Origin: Lachnospiraceae bacterium
GTDB lineage: Bacteria > Bacillota > Clostridia > Lachnospirales > Lachnospiraceae
Length of the DNA: 64,000 nucleotides
NCBI GenBank assembly: GCA_022788065.1
Contig: JALEWG010000139.1
Span: 145-64,144 of the forward strand
Direction of reading: 5' to 3'
A program made the position numbers and the translations under genes. The first letter of the stretch is position 1. Every line of letters starts with the position of its first letter. The notes beneath the pieces are model-generated. The model saw nothing but the letters and a program-made list of their open reading frames with translations. It did not search any database and had not been told where the DNA came from. Below, in pieces: positions 28,641 through 38,224 of the stretch.

Positions 28641-28832
28641 TTTTCTTTCATCGTTTCCCGACGCTGCCGCTCCGCAAATCCCTGAAGGACCGTATTTCTT
28701 CCAAATATAACTGTTTTGTTTTACATCATAAGTTTTACTTATTTTATCATGCAGATATCGCGGTTGTAAATCCCGGTATTTTGTTTTATCATAAGTTGAT
28801 ATCACGTATCATTTTTCGAGGGGGATTTTTAT

Positions 28833-30191
28833 ATGAAACGCGAAAGCTTCGGATCGCGGCTCGGCTTTCTGCTCGTCAGCGCCGGCTGCGCCATCGGAAT
28901 CGGAAATGTCTGGCGTTTCCCGTATGTGGCAGGGGAAAACGGGGGAAGCATTTTCGTTCTGTTTTATCTTCTTTTTCTTCTCTGCATGGGCGTTCCCGTC
29001 CTCACCATGGAACTGGCTGTTGGACGCGCCGGCAGAAAAAGCGCCGTACAGAGCTACCGGGCGCTGGAAAAACCGGGAAGCAAATGGCACATACACGGCT
29101 GGTTCTGCATGATCGGCTGCTATCTTCTTATGATGTACTACACCACTGTATCCGGCTGGATGGTCTCTTACTTTTTCAAATTCGCTTCCGGAACCTTCAC
29201 GGGTCTGGGTTCGGAGGAAGTGGGATCCGTATTCTCCGCTCTTCTGACCGATCCCGCCGAAATGGGCCTCTGGATGGCCGTTACTGTTATCGCCGGCTTC
29301 CTCGTCTGCAGCCTCGGACTTCAGAACGGCCTGGAGCGGGTGACCAAAGTGATGATGGCCGCTCTCCTGGTGCTGATCGTCGTTCTCGCGGCTCACAGCC
29401 TGCTGCTTCCCGGCGCCGCCGGAGGACTGTCCTTCTACCTTCTTCCGGATCTTAACCGTGCCGCCGAAGTGGGGTTCGGAAAAGTGATAACAGCTGCAAT
29501 GAACCAGGCCTTCTTTACTCTGAGTCTCGGAATCGGAGCCATGGAAATCTTCGGAAGCTATATGTCCGATGGCCAGACTCTGGCAGGGGAATCCATCCGG
29601 ATCTGCGCGCTGGACACCTTCGTGGCGCTCTGCTCCGGTCTCATTATCTTCCCCGCCTGTTCCTCCTACGGCGTGCAGCCGGACGCGGGACCGAGCCTGA
29701 TCTTTATCACGCTCCCCAACGTATTTCTCCACATGGAGGGCGGACGGATCTGGGGAACGCTGTTTTTCCTGTTTATGACGTTCGCAAGCTTTTCTACGGT
29801 GATCGCCGTGTTTGAAAACCTTCTGGCAAGCTGCATCGACAACTTCGGCTGGGACAGAAAGAAAGCCGTTCTCATCAACTGTATCGGGATTCTGATCGCA
29901 AGTCTGCCCTGTGTTCTGGGATATAATGTCTGGAGCAGCCTCCGCATCATCGGCGGCCGCGATGTTCTCGACAGCGAGGATTTCCTCGTAAGCAACCTGC
30001 TTCTCCCGCTTGGATCCCTGATCTATCTGCTGTTTTGCGTCACCCGATGGGGCTGGGGCTTTGACAGCTACCTGGCGGAAACGAACCGCGGAAACGGTCT
30101 TCGGCTGTCCGGCAAAAAAGCCATGAAATTCTATTTGCAGTTTATTCTGCCGGTCCTGATCCTGGTGATTCTGATCCAGGGACTGATCTGA
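28833..30191 (+). CDS. Sodium-dependent transporter, NSS/SNF family
   Basis: SRLGFLLVSAGCAIGIGNVWRFPY is the NSS signature. RBS GAGGGGGA. Confidence 0.9.
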   Translation: MKRESFGSRLGFLLVSAGCAIGIGNVWRFPYVAGENGGSIFVLFYLLFLLCMGVPVLTMELAVGRAGRKSAVQSYRALEKPGSKWHIHGWFCMIGCYLLMMYYTTVSGWMVSYFFKFASGTFTGLGSEEVGSVFSALLTDPAEMGLWMAVTVIAGFLVCSLGLQNGLERVTKVMMAALLVLIVVLAAHSLLLPGAAGGLSFYLLPDLNRAAEVGFGKVITAAMNQAFFTLSLGIGAMEIFGSYMSDGQTLAGESIRICALDTFVALCSGLIIFPACSSYGVQPDAGPSLIFITLPNVFLHMEGGRIWGTLFFLFMTFASFSTVIAVFENLLASCIDNFGWDRKKAVLINCIGILIASLPCVLGYNVWSSLRIIGGRDVLDSEDFLVSNLLLPLGSLIYLLFCVTRWGWGFDSYLAETNRGNGLRLSGKKAMKFYLQFILPVLILVILIQGLI

Positions 30192-30198
30192 TCATAAA

Positions 30199-30234
30199 AG
30201 AAGCCTCCGGCACATCATCTGTCCGGAGGCTTCT
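30199..30234. terminator. Hairpin between convergent genes (12-bp stem AGAAGCCTCCGG/CCGGAGGCTTCT)
   Basis: Read at 30199-30210 and 30223-30234. The flanking A/T runs are weak. Confidence 0.55.
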
Positions 30235-30275
30235 GGTATTCTGTTCAATTTTTGCGGCTGTGTCAGAGCTGCCGG

Positions 30276-31553
30276 CTAGCAGCCGATCATAATATTGATG
30301 ATCTCTTCGTTTGTCTCTCTCATACCTTCTTTTGCAAGACGTCCCACATTTTTAATGGTAGCCTCGATTCCGGAAGTTACGATTCCGTCGCCGTCGTGGA
30401 ACTGCTGACCGCGGATATACATATTGTACCCAAGAATTCCCGCGTCCACTGCCTCCGCGATCTTTGCCGCACAGGAGGCCTTCGCGCCGTCGCAGACCAT
30501 ACCGGAAATAATTGCGACCGCATTCACAACCGTGTGAATCACTTCCTCATAGCCGCCGCCACACAGGTACGCGATTCCGGCTCCGGCGCCCGCACCCGCA
30601 TTTACTGCCCCGCAGTAGGCAGAAAGACGGCCGATCGGTGTCTTCTGATGGATCGCAGTCAGGTTGGAGAGCGCAAGCGCACGGTAAAGCTTGTCCTCCT
30701 CCACGCCCAGCTCCTTCGCATATACCACCACCGGCACAGAAGCCGTGATCCCCTGGTTTCCGCTTCCGGAGTTGATAATAACAGGAAGCTCGCAGCCATT
30801 CATTCTCGCGTCAGAACCCGCTGCCGCCATGGCGCGCGCTCTTGTGCGCACATCATTTCCGTTCATATCGATCAGGACTTTTCCGATATTGGCGCCATAG
30901 TTTCCGCGCAGGCCTTCCTCCGCGATAGCCACATTACACCGGATCTGGGTGTCCAGAACTTCCCTGATATCTTCCACATCCACGGTGTTGATGAAATCCC
31001 AGATATCCTTCATATTTAAAAGTGTACGGTCTGTCAGGCCTTCCTCGCTCTCGCCCTGAACAGGAACCTCGAGCAGCACCTCTCCGTTCTTCTCGATCAG
31101 AACAATGTTTGTGTGGTAGTTTGCGATCCGCACCTTCGCATAGGACTCGCCCCTGAAAACAGTCACGATGATATCAAATGTCAGGCCGTTATCCACGTGC
31201 TCCACGCTGATATCCGCTTCCTTCAGGAACCGCTTCATCTCTTCGATCTGCTCCGGTGAAACACTGGCGATTACCTCCAGCTCCCGGTCCGGATCTCCCG
31301 CGATGATTCCCGCCGCCGCAGCTGCCGGAATTCCCTTTAAATGGTCTGTATTCGGTACGATCACAGATTTCACGTTCTTGATAATACTTCCACTGGCTCC
31401 GATCACTACCTTTTCCGGAATCTCACCCAGCACCTTTCTCGCCATTGCAGCCGCATAGGCAAGAGCGATCGGCTCTGTGCACCCCATCGCCGGTTTTAAT
31501 TCTTCCTTCAGAATCTGCACATACGCGCTGTATCTCTCATTTGTTTTTTCCAT
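30276..31553 (-). CDS. UPF0597 / L-cysteine desulfidase (serine dehydratase alpha-like) family protein
   Basis: ILKEELKPAMGCTEPIALAYAAA N-terminus typical of the family. ATG at 31553 follows GGAGGT. Confidence 0.7.
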   Translation of the reverse strand: MEKTNERYSAYVQILKEELKPAMGCTEPIALAYAAAMARKVLGEIPEKVVIGASGSIIKNVKSVIVPNTDHLKGIPAAAAAGIIAGDPDRELEVIASVSPEQIEEMKRFLKEADISVEHVDNGLTFDIIVTVFRGESYAKVRIANYHTNIVLIEKNGEVLLEVPVQGESEEGLTDRTLLNMKDIWDFINTVDVEDIREVLDTQIRCNVAIAEEGLRGNYGANIGKVLIDMNGNDVRTRARAMAAAGSDARMNGCELPVIINSGSGNQGITASVPVVVYAKELGVEEDKLYRALALSNLTAIHQKTPIGRLSAYCGAVNAGAGAGAGIAYLCGGGYEEVIHTVVNAVAIISGMVCDGAKASCAAKIAEAVDAGILGYNMYIRGQQFHDGDGIVTSGIEATIKNVGRLAKEGMRETNEEIINIMIGC

Positions 31554-31720
31554 AGCTGACCTCCGTCCTTTCTGCCTCCGCGCTTCCCCGCTTCGCACAC
31601 TCCTATAAGTAACATTTTCTATATCAAATGTACCACAGAATAGTCAGAAAGTAAAATTTAACATTTTAAATATATAGTTAAAATTTTTTAAAGTCGCACA
31701 GGATTAATTTCAGTCTCCGA

Positions 31721-32971
31721 TCAGGCACGGCTGGAAGCCTTCTCCATGTTCTTGTTGATCCGTGCGCCCACCAGAACCAGAATCATGACGCTGAGCAGCA
31801 TTGCCGACGCGGTCTCCAGAGTCAGGTTATAACTGCCCGTCCTGTCATAGAACGCGCCGAAGATCGTCGTAAACGGGGAGGAGATCAGCATCCCGAACAT
31901 GGACACATAGGAATATCCCGCAGCGTAAGTGTCTCCTTTCCAGAACATCTTACAGAATAACGGCATCATTACAGTGCTCAGGGGCATTGTGATCCCGTAA
32001 AAGAATGCGGCCGGCAGCATGATCTGCGGCTTTCCCGTAAGTAAAAGGAGCAAACCGGCCAGAGAAAGCGCAGTTGCCGCAAGGAACACCCGGATCGTGC
32101 CGAAGCTGTCGCTGGCCTTTCCCAGCACAAATTTGGAAAGCATATTTCCGAAAAGAGCCACCGTCGTCAGCATGGCGGCTGTCGTAATGCTCATACCAAC
32201 CGAAATTCCGCAGGAGGTCAGATATGTATTGACGTAAGCACCCGCACAGGAGCACGAATACATGAATACTGAAATATAAAACAGCGGCTCACGTAAGAAT
32301 GTGCCCAGTGCTTCTTTTGTTTCACTCTTTTTACTGTCCTTTACGGCAGTACCCGCTTCCGCGCCGTAAGCCAGCATATTTTTATCTTCCGGTTTATATC
32401 GGATCACGAACATCGACATGGGGAGGATAAGAACCATGACCAGCACACCGATCATGATATAGCTCGCTCTCCAGCCGATGGCCGGAATCGAAAATCCCAG
32501 TCCGCTGCTTCCGAGCATGCCGACCAGCCCGGAAAAAGCCGCTGATATTCCGATTGCAAATCCCGTCTTTTTATGGAACCAGTTTGCAAGGAGGATCGGC
32601 GCAGGAATCATACTGATAAACGACGAGGCCAGTCCCTGAATGATTCCCGCAGCGTACCACTGCCAGAGTTCCGTGAAGGTTCCCATGGCAATGCTACAGC
32701 CGCCCATCACCACCGTAGCTGCGCTGATCACAACGCGGATATCCATCTTCCGGAAGCTCTTTGCCACAAACGGCATGGCAAATGCCGAGCTGATGGAAAA
32801 CAGCATCCGGTAGATCGAAAATTTTCCCATCTCGAAACCCAGGTCCTGACAGACCGGGGAATAGAACACTCCTGCGCAGTTGCTCACCAGTCCCAGACCG
32901 GCTCCCTGCATCATACAGCAGGCCGCCAGGATCAGCCATGCATAATGTATCTTTTGTTTCTTCTGATTCAT
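31721..32971 (-). CDS. MFS transporter
   Basis: Start at MNQKKQKIHYAWLILAACC (32971), 6 nt downstream of the OYE gene stop. Polytopic profile. Confidence 0.8.
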   Translation of the reverse strand: MNQKKQKIHYAWLILAACCMMQGAGLGLVSNCAGVFYSPVCQDLGFEMGKFSIYRMLFSISSAFAMPFVAKSFRKMDIRVVISAATVVMGGCSIAMGTFTELWQWYAAGIIQGLASSFISMIPAPILLANWFHKKTGFAIGISAAFSGLVGMLGSSGLGFSIPAIGWRASYIMIGVLVMVLILPMSMFVIRYKPEDKNMLAYGAEAGTAVKDSKKSETKEALGTFLREPLFYISVFMYSCSCAGAYVNTYLTSCGISVGMSITTAAMLTTVALFGNMLSKFVLGKASDSFGTIRVFLAATALSLAGLLLLLTGKPQIMLPAAFFYGITMPLSTVMMPLFCKMFWKGDTYAAGYSYVSMFGMLISSPFTTIFGAFYDRTGSYNLTLETASAMLLSVMILVLVGARINKNMEKASSRA

Positions 32972-32976
32972 CCGTT

Positions 32977-34056
32977 TTACTCCATCCTCTCCCGCTGCAT
33001 TCTGTTTTTCATAAGGAGCTTCTGCCCGGCACATACATCTGTCTGGTTTCTCCAGATACACCGCTTACAGTACAGACATTTTCCCGGGTCTTTCCCCTCC
33101 TTCACATCGTTCGCCCAGTTATAGTTGACGAGAATACCGCGGCCGACATTGATCATATCCGCTCCCGTGTCCGCCAGCGCGCGCTCCGCCATGTCCCCGT
33201 TCTGGATCCCGTATACGGCAAATACGGGGACTGACACCGCCTCCCGGATACGCTTTGCTCCGTAAACGGCGGCGGCAAACGGATAGCCCTCTGGGCGGAT
33301 CTGATCTGCCTCCTGGGAAAATCCGTATGACACATTGATAAAATCGATTCCTAGCTGCTCCAGCCGGATCGCATGGACAATTCCGTCTTCAATCGCCGGT
33401 TCGAAGGCCCCGAGACGGATGCCAACCACAAAGGAGGACGGCGTCACCTTCCGGATCCCTGCAAGGATCCGCTCCACGATCAGCATATCTTCCGCATTGT
33501 ATTCATCTGTCCGTTTGTTGACTCTGCGGTTCATGAACTGGCTCAGCAGATAGCTGTGGCAGCCGTGAAGCTCCACGCCGTCATAGCCCGCTTCATACGC
33601 GCGTCTGGCAGCCTGGATAAACTCATCTTCGATCATATGGATCTCTTCCACGGACAGCTTTCTCGCATGCTTTTCAACTCCTTTATGGAGACACGTATAT
33701 TCGCTGGGACATACACGATCCTCCCCCGACGCGATCACTCCTGCGTGATGGATCTGGATAAAAACGGGTACGCCTTCCTCATGAACTGCATCGGCGATCC
33801 GACTCAATCCCGGTATCTGGGCGTCATCCCAGATTCCAAGCTGATCCGGGCTCAGCCTCCCCCGGCGGTCAATGCAGGTCGCCTCCTGGATTATCAGTCC
33901 TGCGCCTCCCTTCGCGATCGCCCGGTAATGATTCACATTCTTTTCTGTAACCTGACCGGAGTCGTCGCTCCATCCGAAGCATACCATCGGCGGGACACAG
34001 ATCCTGTTTCTGATTTTGACATCCTTCAGCTGCCATGATGTAAATAAACGGTCCAT
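32977..34056 (-). CDS. NADH:flavin oxidoreductase (Old Yellow Enzyme family) with Cys-rich C-terminal tail
   Basis: IRNRICVPPM, GAGLIIQEATCI and HGCHSYLLSQF motifs. ATG at 34056 follows AAAGGAGAAAA. Confidence 0.85.
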   Translation of the reverse strand: MDRLFTSWQLKDVKIRNRICVPPMVCFGWSDDSGQVTEKNVNHYRAIAKGGAGLIIQEATCIDRRGRLSPDQLGIWDDAQIPGLSRIADAVHEEGVPVFIQIHHAGVIASGEDRVCPSEYTCLHKGVEKHARKLSVEEIHMIEDEFIQAARRAYEAGYDGVELHGCHSYLLSQFMNRRVNKRTDEYNAEDMLIVERILAGIRKVTPSSFVVGIRLGAFEPAIEDGIVHAIRLEQLGIDFINVSYGFSQEADQIRPEGYPFAAAVYGAKRIREAVSVPVFAVYGIQNGDMAERALADTGADMINVGRGILVNYNWANDVKEGKDPGKCLYCKRCIWRNQTDVCAGQKLLMKNRMQRERME

Positions 34057-34164
34057 TTTTCTCCTTTCTTTCCGTTCAGGAATATCGCACATAACTCAGC
34101 TTTATATTATAGCATTTTAAGGTCCCTATTCATAGTTTTTTTTCATCTTTTTTTGTCAAAAACC

Positions 34165-34193
34165 TTGCATGATAAAAGAGAACTCATTATAAT
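34165..34193 (+). promoter_or_regulatory. Promoter TTGCAT-17-TATAAT for ilvE
   Basis: -35 at 34165-70, -10 at 34188-93. The ~65-nt leader has two short hairpins and no T-box core. Confidence 0.6.
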
Positions 34194-34258
34194 GAAACAA
34201 AGATTACGCAGTGAGAAAAATGCGTGCCGGTATTACCGGCAGAATGGAGGAAATAGAA

Positions 34259-35284
34259 ATGGCAAAGCAGAATATCGACTGGTCAAATATCGGTTTCGGC
34301 TACATAAAGACAGATTACCGATATGTATCCAACTATAAGAACGGCGCATGGGATGAGGGCGTCCTGACCGGTGATGACACAGTTACTTTAAGCGAATGCG
34401 CATGCGTATTCCAGTATGCTCAGACCTGCTTCGAAGGTTTAAAGGCCTACACAACAGAAGACGGACACATCGTGACCTTCCGCCCGGATTTAAATGCAGA
34501 GCGTCTTATGAATTCCGCAGCGAGACTGGAAATGCCGCAGTTCCCGAAGGAGCGCTTCCTGGACGCGATTACAAAACTGGTAGAAGCCAACGCGGACTTC
34601 GTACCGCCGTACGGCTCCGGTGCAACACTCTATATCCGTCCGTTCCTGTTCGGAACCAATCCGGTAATCGGTGTAAAACCTGCGACGGAATATCAGTTCC
34701 GCGCATTCTGTACCCCGGTTGGTCCGTACTTCAAAGGCGGTGCAAAGCCGATTACGATCCGTGTCTGTGACTTCGACCGCGCGGCACCTCGCGGAACCGG
34801 CCATGTAAAGGCAGGCTTAAACTACGCAATGAGCCTTCACGCAATCGTGGATGCACACAATCAGGGCTATGATGAGAATATGTACCTTGATGCCGCTACA
34901 AGAACCAATGTAGAGGAGACAGGCGGCGCAAACTTCATCTTCGTCACAAAGGACGGCACCGTTGTAACACCGAAGTCCGACAGTATCCTTCCGTCCATCA
35001 CCCGCCGTTCCATTCTTTACGTTGCAGAACACTATCTCGGCTTAAAGACGGAAGAGCGTGTTGTTCCGTTTGAGGAAGTGAAAGACTTCGCGGAATGCGG
35101 CCTTTGCGGTACTGCCGCTGTTATCTCTCCGGTAGGCAAGATCGTTGACCACGGCAAGGAGATTTTAATGCCGAGCGGTATGGAGAAAATGGGACCGATC
35201 ACTCAGAAGCTTTACGACACTCTGACCGGCATCCAGATGGGCCGCATCGAGGCTCCGGAAGGCTGGATCCACGTAATCAAATAA
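34259..35284 (+). CDS. ilvE: Branched-chain amino acid aminotransferase
   Basis: FGYIKTDYRY...CFEGLKAY...GTGHVKAGLNYA motifs of class IV aminotransferases. ATG follows GGAGGA. Confidence 0.9.
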   Translation: MAKQNIDWSNIGFGYIKTDYRYVSNYKNGAWDEGVLTGDDTVTLSECACVFQYAQTCFEGLKAYTTEDGHIVTFRPDLNAERLMNSAARLEMPQFPKERFLDAITKLVEANADFVPPYGSGATLYIRPFLFGTNPVIGVKPATEYQFRAFCTPVGPYFKGGAKPITIRVCDFDRAAPRGTGHVKAGLNYAMSLHAIVDAHNQGYDENMYLDAATRTNVEETGGANFIFVTKDGTVVTPKSDSILPSITRRSILYVAEHYLGLKTEERVVPFEEVKDFAECGLCGTAAVISPVGKIVDHGKEILMPSGMEKMGPITQKLYDTLTGIQMGRIEAPEGWIHVIK

Positions 35285-35306
35285 AAACACAGTCCTATAA
35301 AACAGA

Positions 35307-35349
35307 ACTGCCGCCCCGGCTTTCCAGTCTCAGGGCGGCAGTTTTTTTC
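35307..35349 (+). terminator. Intrinsic terminator of ilvE
   Basis: ACTGCCGCCC (35307-16) ... GGGCGGCAGT (35333-42) followed by T7. Confidence 0.8.
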
Positions 35350-35376
35350 ATATATTTTTCTCAGGTCATCTCTTTT

Positions 35377-36630
35377 TCAGGCTGCTTTTTTCTGCATTCC
35401 GTCCACTTTTGAGAAAAGGATAAAGCCGATCACGAACAGAACGGCGATCGCCGCCACGCCCGCATTGGCATGCCCTGTGATCTGTGCCACCAGACCTGTC
35501 AGCATAGTCCCCATGAAAGAGGCTCCTTTTCCGCAGATGTCATAGATTCCAAAATATTCACCCGATTTTTCCGCTGGGATGATCTTCGCAAAATAGGAAC
35601 GGGCCAGAGCCTGAATACCGCCCTGGAACATTCCCACCAGAACGGCCAGAAGCCAGTATTCCCACTGTTTGTCCAGCTGGATCGCAAACAGAATAATACC
35701 GATATAGGCAGCGATGCAGACCTTTAACAGACTTCCCGTCTCATACTTTGCGGAGAGGCCGGAAAACACAAGCGCACACGGAAACGCGACGATCTGCGTC
35801 ACAAGAAGCGCCAGCAGAAGTCCGGAGGAATCCAGTCCCAGAGCGCTTCCGTATGCCGTTGCCATTTCAATGATCGTATAAACACCGTCAATAAAAAAGA
35901 AGAACGACAACAGATACAGGAATATCTGCTTCTGACTCCGCATCTCCGCAAGCGTTTTCCAGAGCCGCGTTAAGCTCTCCCTGAGCATGTTTCCCTTCTG
36001 CTCCACATACCATTTCTGCTCATACGTTTTAAGAAGAGGCAGCGTCATAAAAAGCCACCAGAGCGCATTCAGAATAAACGCGGCGCACATGGCTGTTCCG
36101 ATGCTGATCCCTAACTGCTTATAGCACAGCACAAGAACCAGCGACGCGATGAACGGAACGCAGCTCCCTATGTATCCCCATGCATATCCGTTGGAGGACA
36201 CCACATCCAGCCGTTCCGGTTCCGTCACATCCACCAGCATGGCGTCATAAAAAATCAGGCTGGTGTTGTATCCCACTTTCGCAATCACAAACAGACATAG
36301 AAACAGGAACCAGGAGGACGGCAGCCACAGGGATCCGCAGGCCAGGACACCCACCGCCACACAGGTCAGAAACAGCGGCTTTTTAAGTCCTTTCCGGTCT
36401 GCCATCGCACCGAGAACAGGTCCTGTCAGAGCTACGAGGATCGTGGAGACCGACACGGCATACCCCCAGTACGCCATCGCGTTGACCTCCGAGATCCCGG
36501 CATTTCCGGCCATTGAATTAAAGTAGATCGGCAGAATCGTTGCCACCAGCATCACAAACGCTGAATTTCCCACATCATACAGGATCCAGCTTATCTCTTT
36601 TCGTGTAAATTTTAACTTTCCCATACCCAT
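35377..36630 (-). CDS. MFS transporter (UMF1/Atg22-like)
   Basis: KKEISWILYDVGNSAF N-terminus and 12-TM-like profile. The 5' end overlaps the 3' end of the protease gene. Confidence 0.75.
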   Translation of the reverse strand: MGMGKLKFTRKEISWILYDVGNSAFVMLVATILPIYFNSMAGNAGISEVNAMAYWGYAVSVSTILVALTGPVLGAMADRKGLKKPLFLTCVAVGVLACGSLWLPSSWFLFLCLFVIAKVGYNTSLIFYDAMLVDVTEPERLDVVSSNGYAWGYIGSCVPFIASLVLVLCYKQLGISIGTAMCAAFILNALWWLFMTLPLLKTYEQKWYVEQKGNMLRESLTRLWKTLAEMRSQKQIFLYLLSFFFFIDGVYTIIEMATAYGSALGLDSSGLLLALLVTQIVAFPCALVFSGLSAKYETGSLLKVCIAAYIGIILFAIQLDKQWEYWLLAVLVGMFQGGIQALARSYFAKIIPAEKSGEYFGIYDICGKGASFMGTMLTGLVAQITGHANAGVAAIAVLFVIGFILFSKVDGMQKKAA

Positions 36631-38155
36631 CCTCTTGTTTTTCTAAATTATACATTCCGGGTCCCGCCTCTTCCGGTCCGGAAAAGACCAGCTTTACGGT
36701 TTCGTTTCCGGCGCCGTCTCTCGCATAGAACGTGTAAACGCCTTGTTTGCTGATCCGGAACGTCGCCTGATCCTGCGCGTTGACCGAAAACGGTCTCGCC
36801 TGCGCGCTCTCCCGCATCTGATCGGCACTAAACGCCCCCTCGGCAAACAGCATCGTATCCAGATCCCCGTCCACATCCACAACCCGGAGGACCAGATACG
36901 GATCTGCGCCTCTGACTGTGATCCTGGATTCTATGATCGGCGGAGAGCCGGCCTCATTCCTGTTTCCTCCGTTCCGGAATCCGGTTCTTGTAAGCTTCCG
37001 GATATCATACGAAAGCGCCGCTCCCGCATCCAGCATGCCGCCTGTCGCTGTCACCTCCGAGAGGCTTTCCAGTGGCTTTACCGTGGCAAGAAGGATCTCC
37101 TTCACATCCGCCATACCGATTCCGTCGTGAGCCGAATAGACCATGGCGGCCGTTCCGGTTACCATGGGCGCGGCCATGGAGGTCCCTGTCATATATCCGT
37201 ACCGGTTTCCCGCGGCAGTGCTCAGAATGTTGGTGCCCGGTGCGGCCAGATCCACCGATATTCTGCCGTAATTGGACGTGCTGTTGAGCGTTCCGTCGCA
37301 GGTCAGATTTGCCACCACGATCATATTATCCAGATCATAGGCTGCGGGATACACCGGACTTTCGTCGATATTGACGCCGGATTCCCCCAGCGACTGCGCA
37401 TTTCCGGCCGCCACGATAAACAGCATGCAGGAATTTTTCATAACCTCATAAAGCACCGGATCATCCACATTCGTAGCAAGACTCAGGTTACAGATCATCG
37501 CGCCGTTTTCCTCTGCATACCGGATCGCGCGGATCAGCGTGGCGGTGCTTCCGCTTCCCATACTGCCGCCCAGGATCTTAAGCGGCATGATCTTCACCTG
37601 ATTTCCCGGTACCATCCCGCAGACTCCCTTCTCATTCCCGGTATTGGCCAGGATGGTTCCCGCGCCATGGGTTCCGTGGCTGTCCTCCTCCCCTGAAAAA
37701 ATACAGTTATTATTTCCGTAGAAGTTCCAGCCGTTGACATCGTCCACATATCCGTTTCCGTCATCATCGATTCCGTTGTCCGGGATCTCGTCCGCATTGA
37801 CCCAGAGAGCACCCTTAAGATCTTCGTGGTCCGGATCCACACCAGTGTCGATCATGGCAACGATTGTTCCGTGAGTTCCCGTTCCATACTGTTCCCATGC
37901 CTCTGCCAGATTAATATCGATCCCGGAAACGGCATTTTTCTGTTCGGTCGTTTTCCGGATTCCCATCCATCCGTTCCAGGCTCCCGGTCCCGCAGGCTCT
38001 CCGAAGGGATCATCATATACATAATACTGGTTCTTTTCCTCCTCCAGATAAAACGATCCATCATTATAAAACGCCCACTGTTCCGATGCGGAGACGTCAT
38101 TTACCTGAAGCGAGACTGCTGCGGCGGCCGCCACGGCGGCAAAAACACTGACCAT
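36575..38155 (-). CDS. Secreted S8 (subtilisin-like) serine peptidase with C-terminal beta-rich domain
   Basis: Signal-like N-terminus. Catalytic triad contexts AMIDTGVD, HGTHGAG, GTSMAAPMVTG. RBS AAAGGAGAGGA. Confidence 0.9.
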   Translation of the reverse strand: MVSVFAAVAAAAAVSLQVNDVSASEQWAFYNDGSFYLEEEKNQYYVYDDPFGEPAGPGAWNGWMGIRKTTEQKNAVSGIDINLAEAWEQYGTGTHGTIVAMIDTGVDPDHEDLKGALWVNADEIPDNGIDDDGNGYVDDVNGWNFYGNNNCIFSGEEDSHGTHGAGTILANTGNEKGVCGMVPGNQVKIMPLKILGGSMGSGSTATLIRAIRYAEENGAMICNLSLATNVDDPVLYEVMKNSCMLFIVAAGNAQSLGESGVNIDESPVYPAAYDLDNMIVVANLTCDGTLNSTSNYGRISVDLAAPGTNILSTAAGNRYGYMTGTSMAAPMVTGTAAMVYSAHDGIGMADVKEILLATVKPLESLSEVTATGGMLDAGAALSYDIRKLTRTGFRNGGNRNEAGSPPIIESRITVRGADPYLVLRVVDVDGDLDTMLFAEGAFSADQMRESAQARPFSVNAQDQATFRISKQGVYTFYARDGAGNETVKLVFSGPEEAGPGMYNLEKQEDGYGKVKIYTKRDKLDPV

Positions 38156-38224
38156 GCCGGTCCTCTCCTTTCCCGTCTGTCAAAAACAGGATGCATTTCC
38201 GTTCCGAAACACATCCTGTCATAA

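Noticed and set aside
27223-29732. Long antisense ORFs: 27223..28146 (+), 28451..29455 (+) and 28809..29732 (-). Similar cases are 1233..2195 (-), 9503..10471 (+), 36743..37696 (+), 42172..42930 (+) and 47314..48072 (+)
   Set aside because: They are shadow frames opposite well-supported genes in G+C-rich DNA. They have Arg/Pro/Ser/Gly-rich low-complexity translations, no SD and no recognisable domains.
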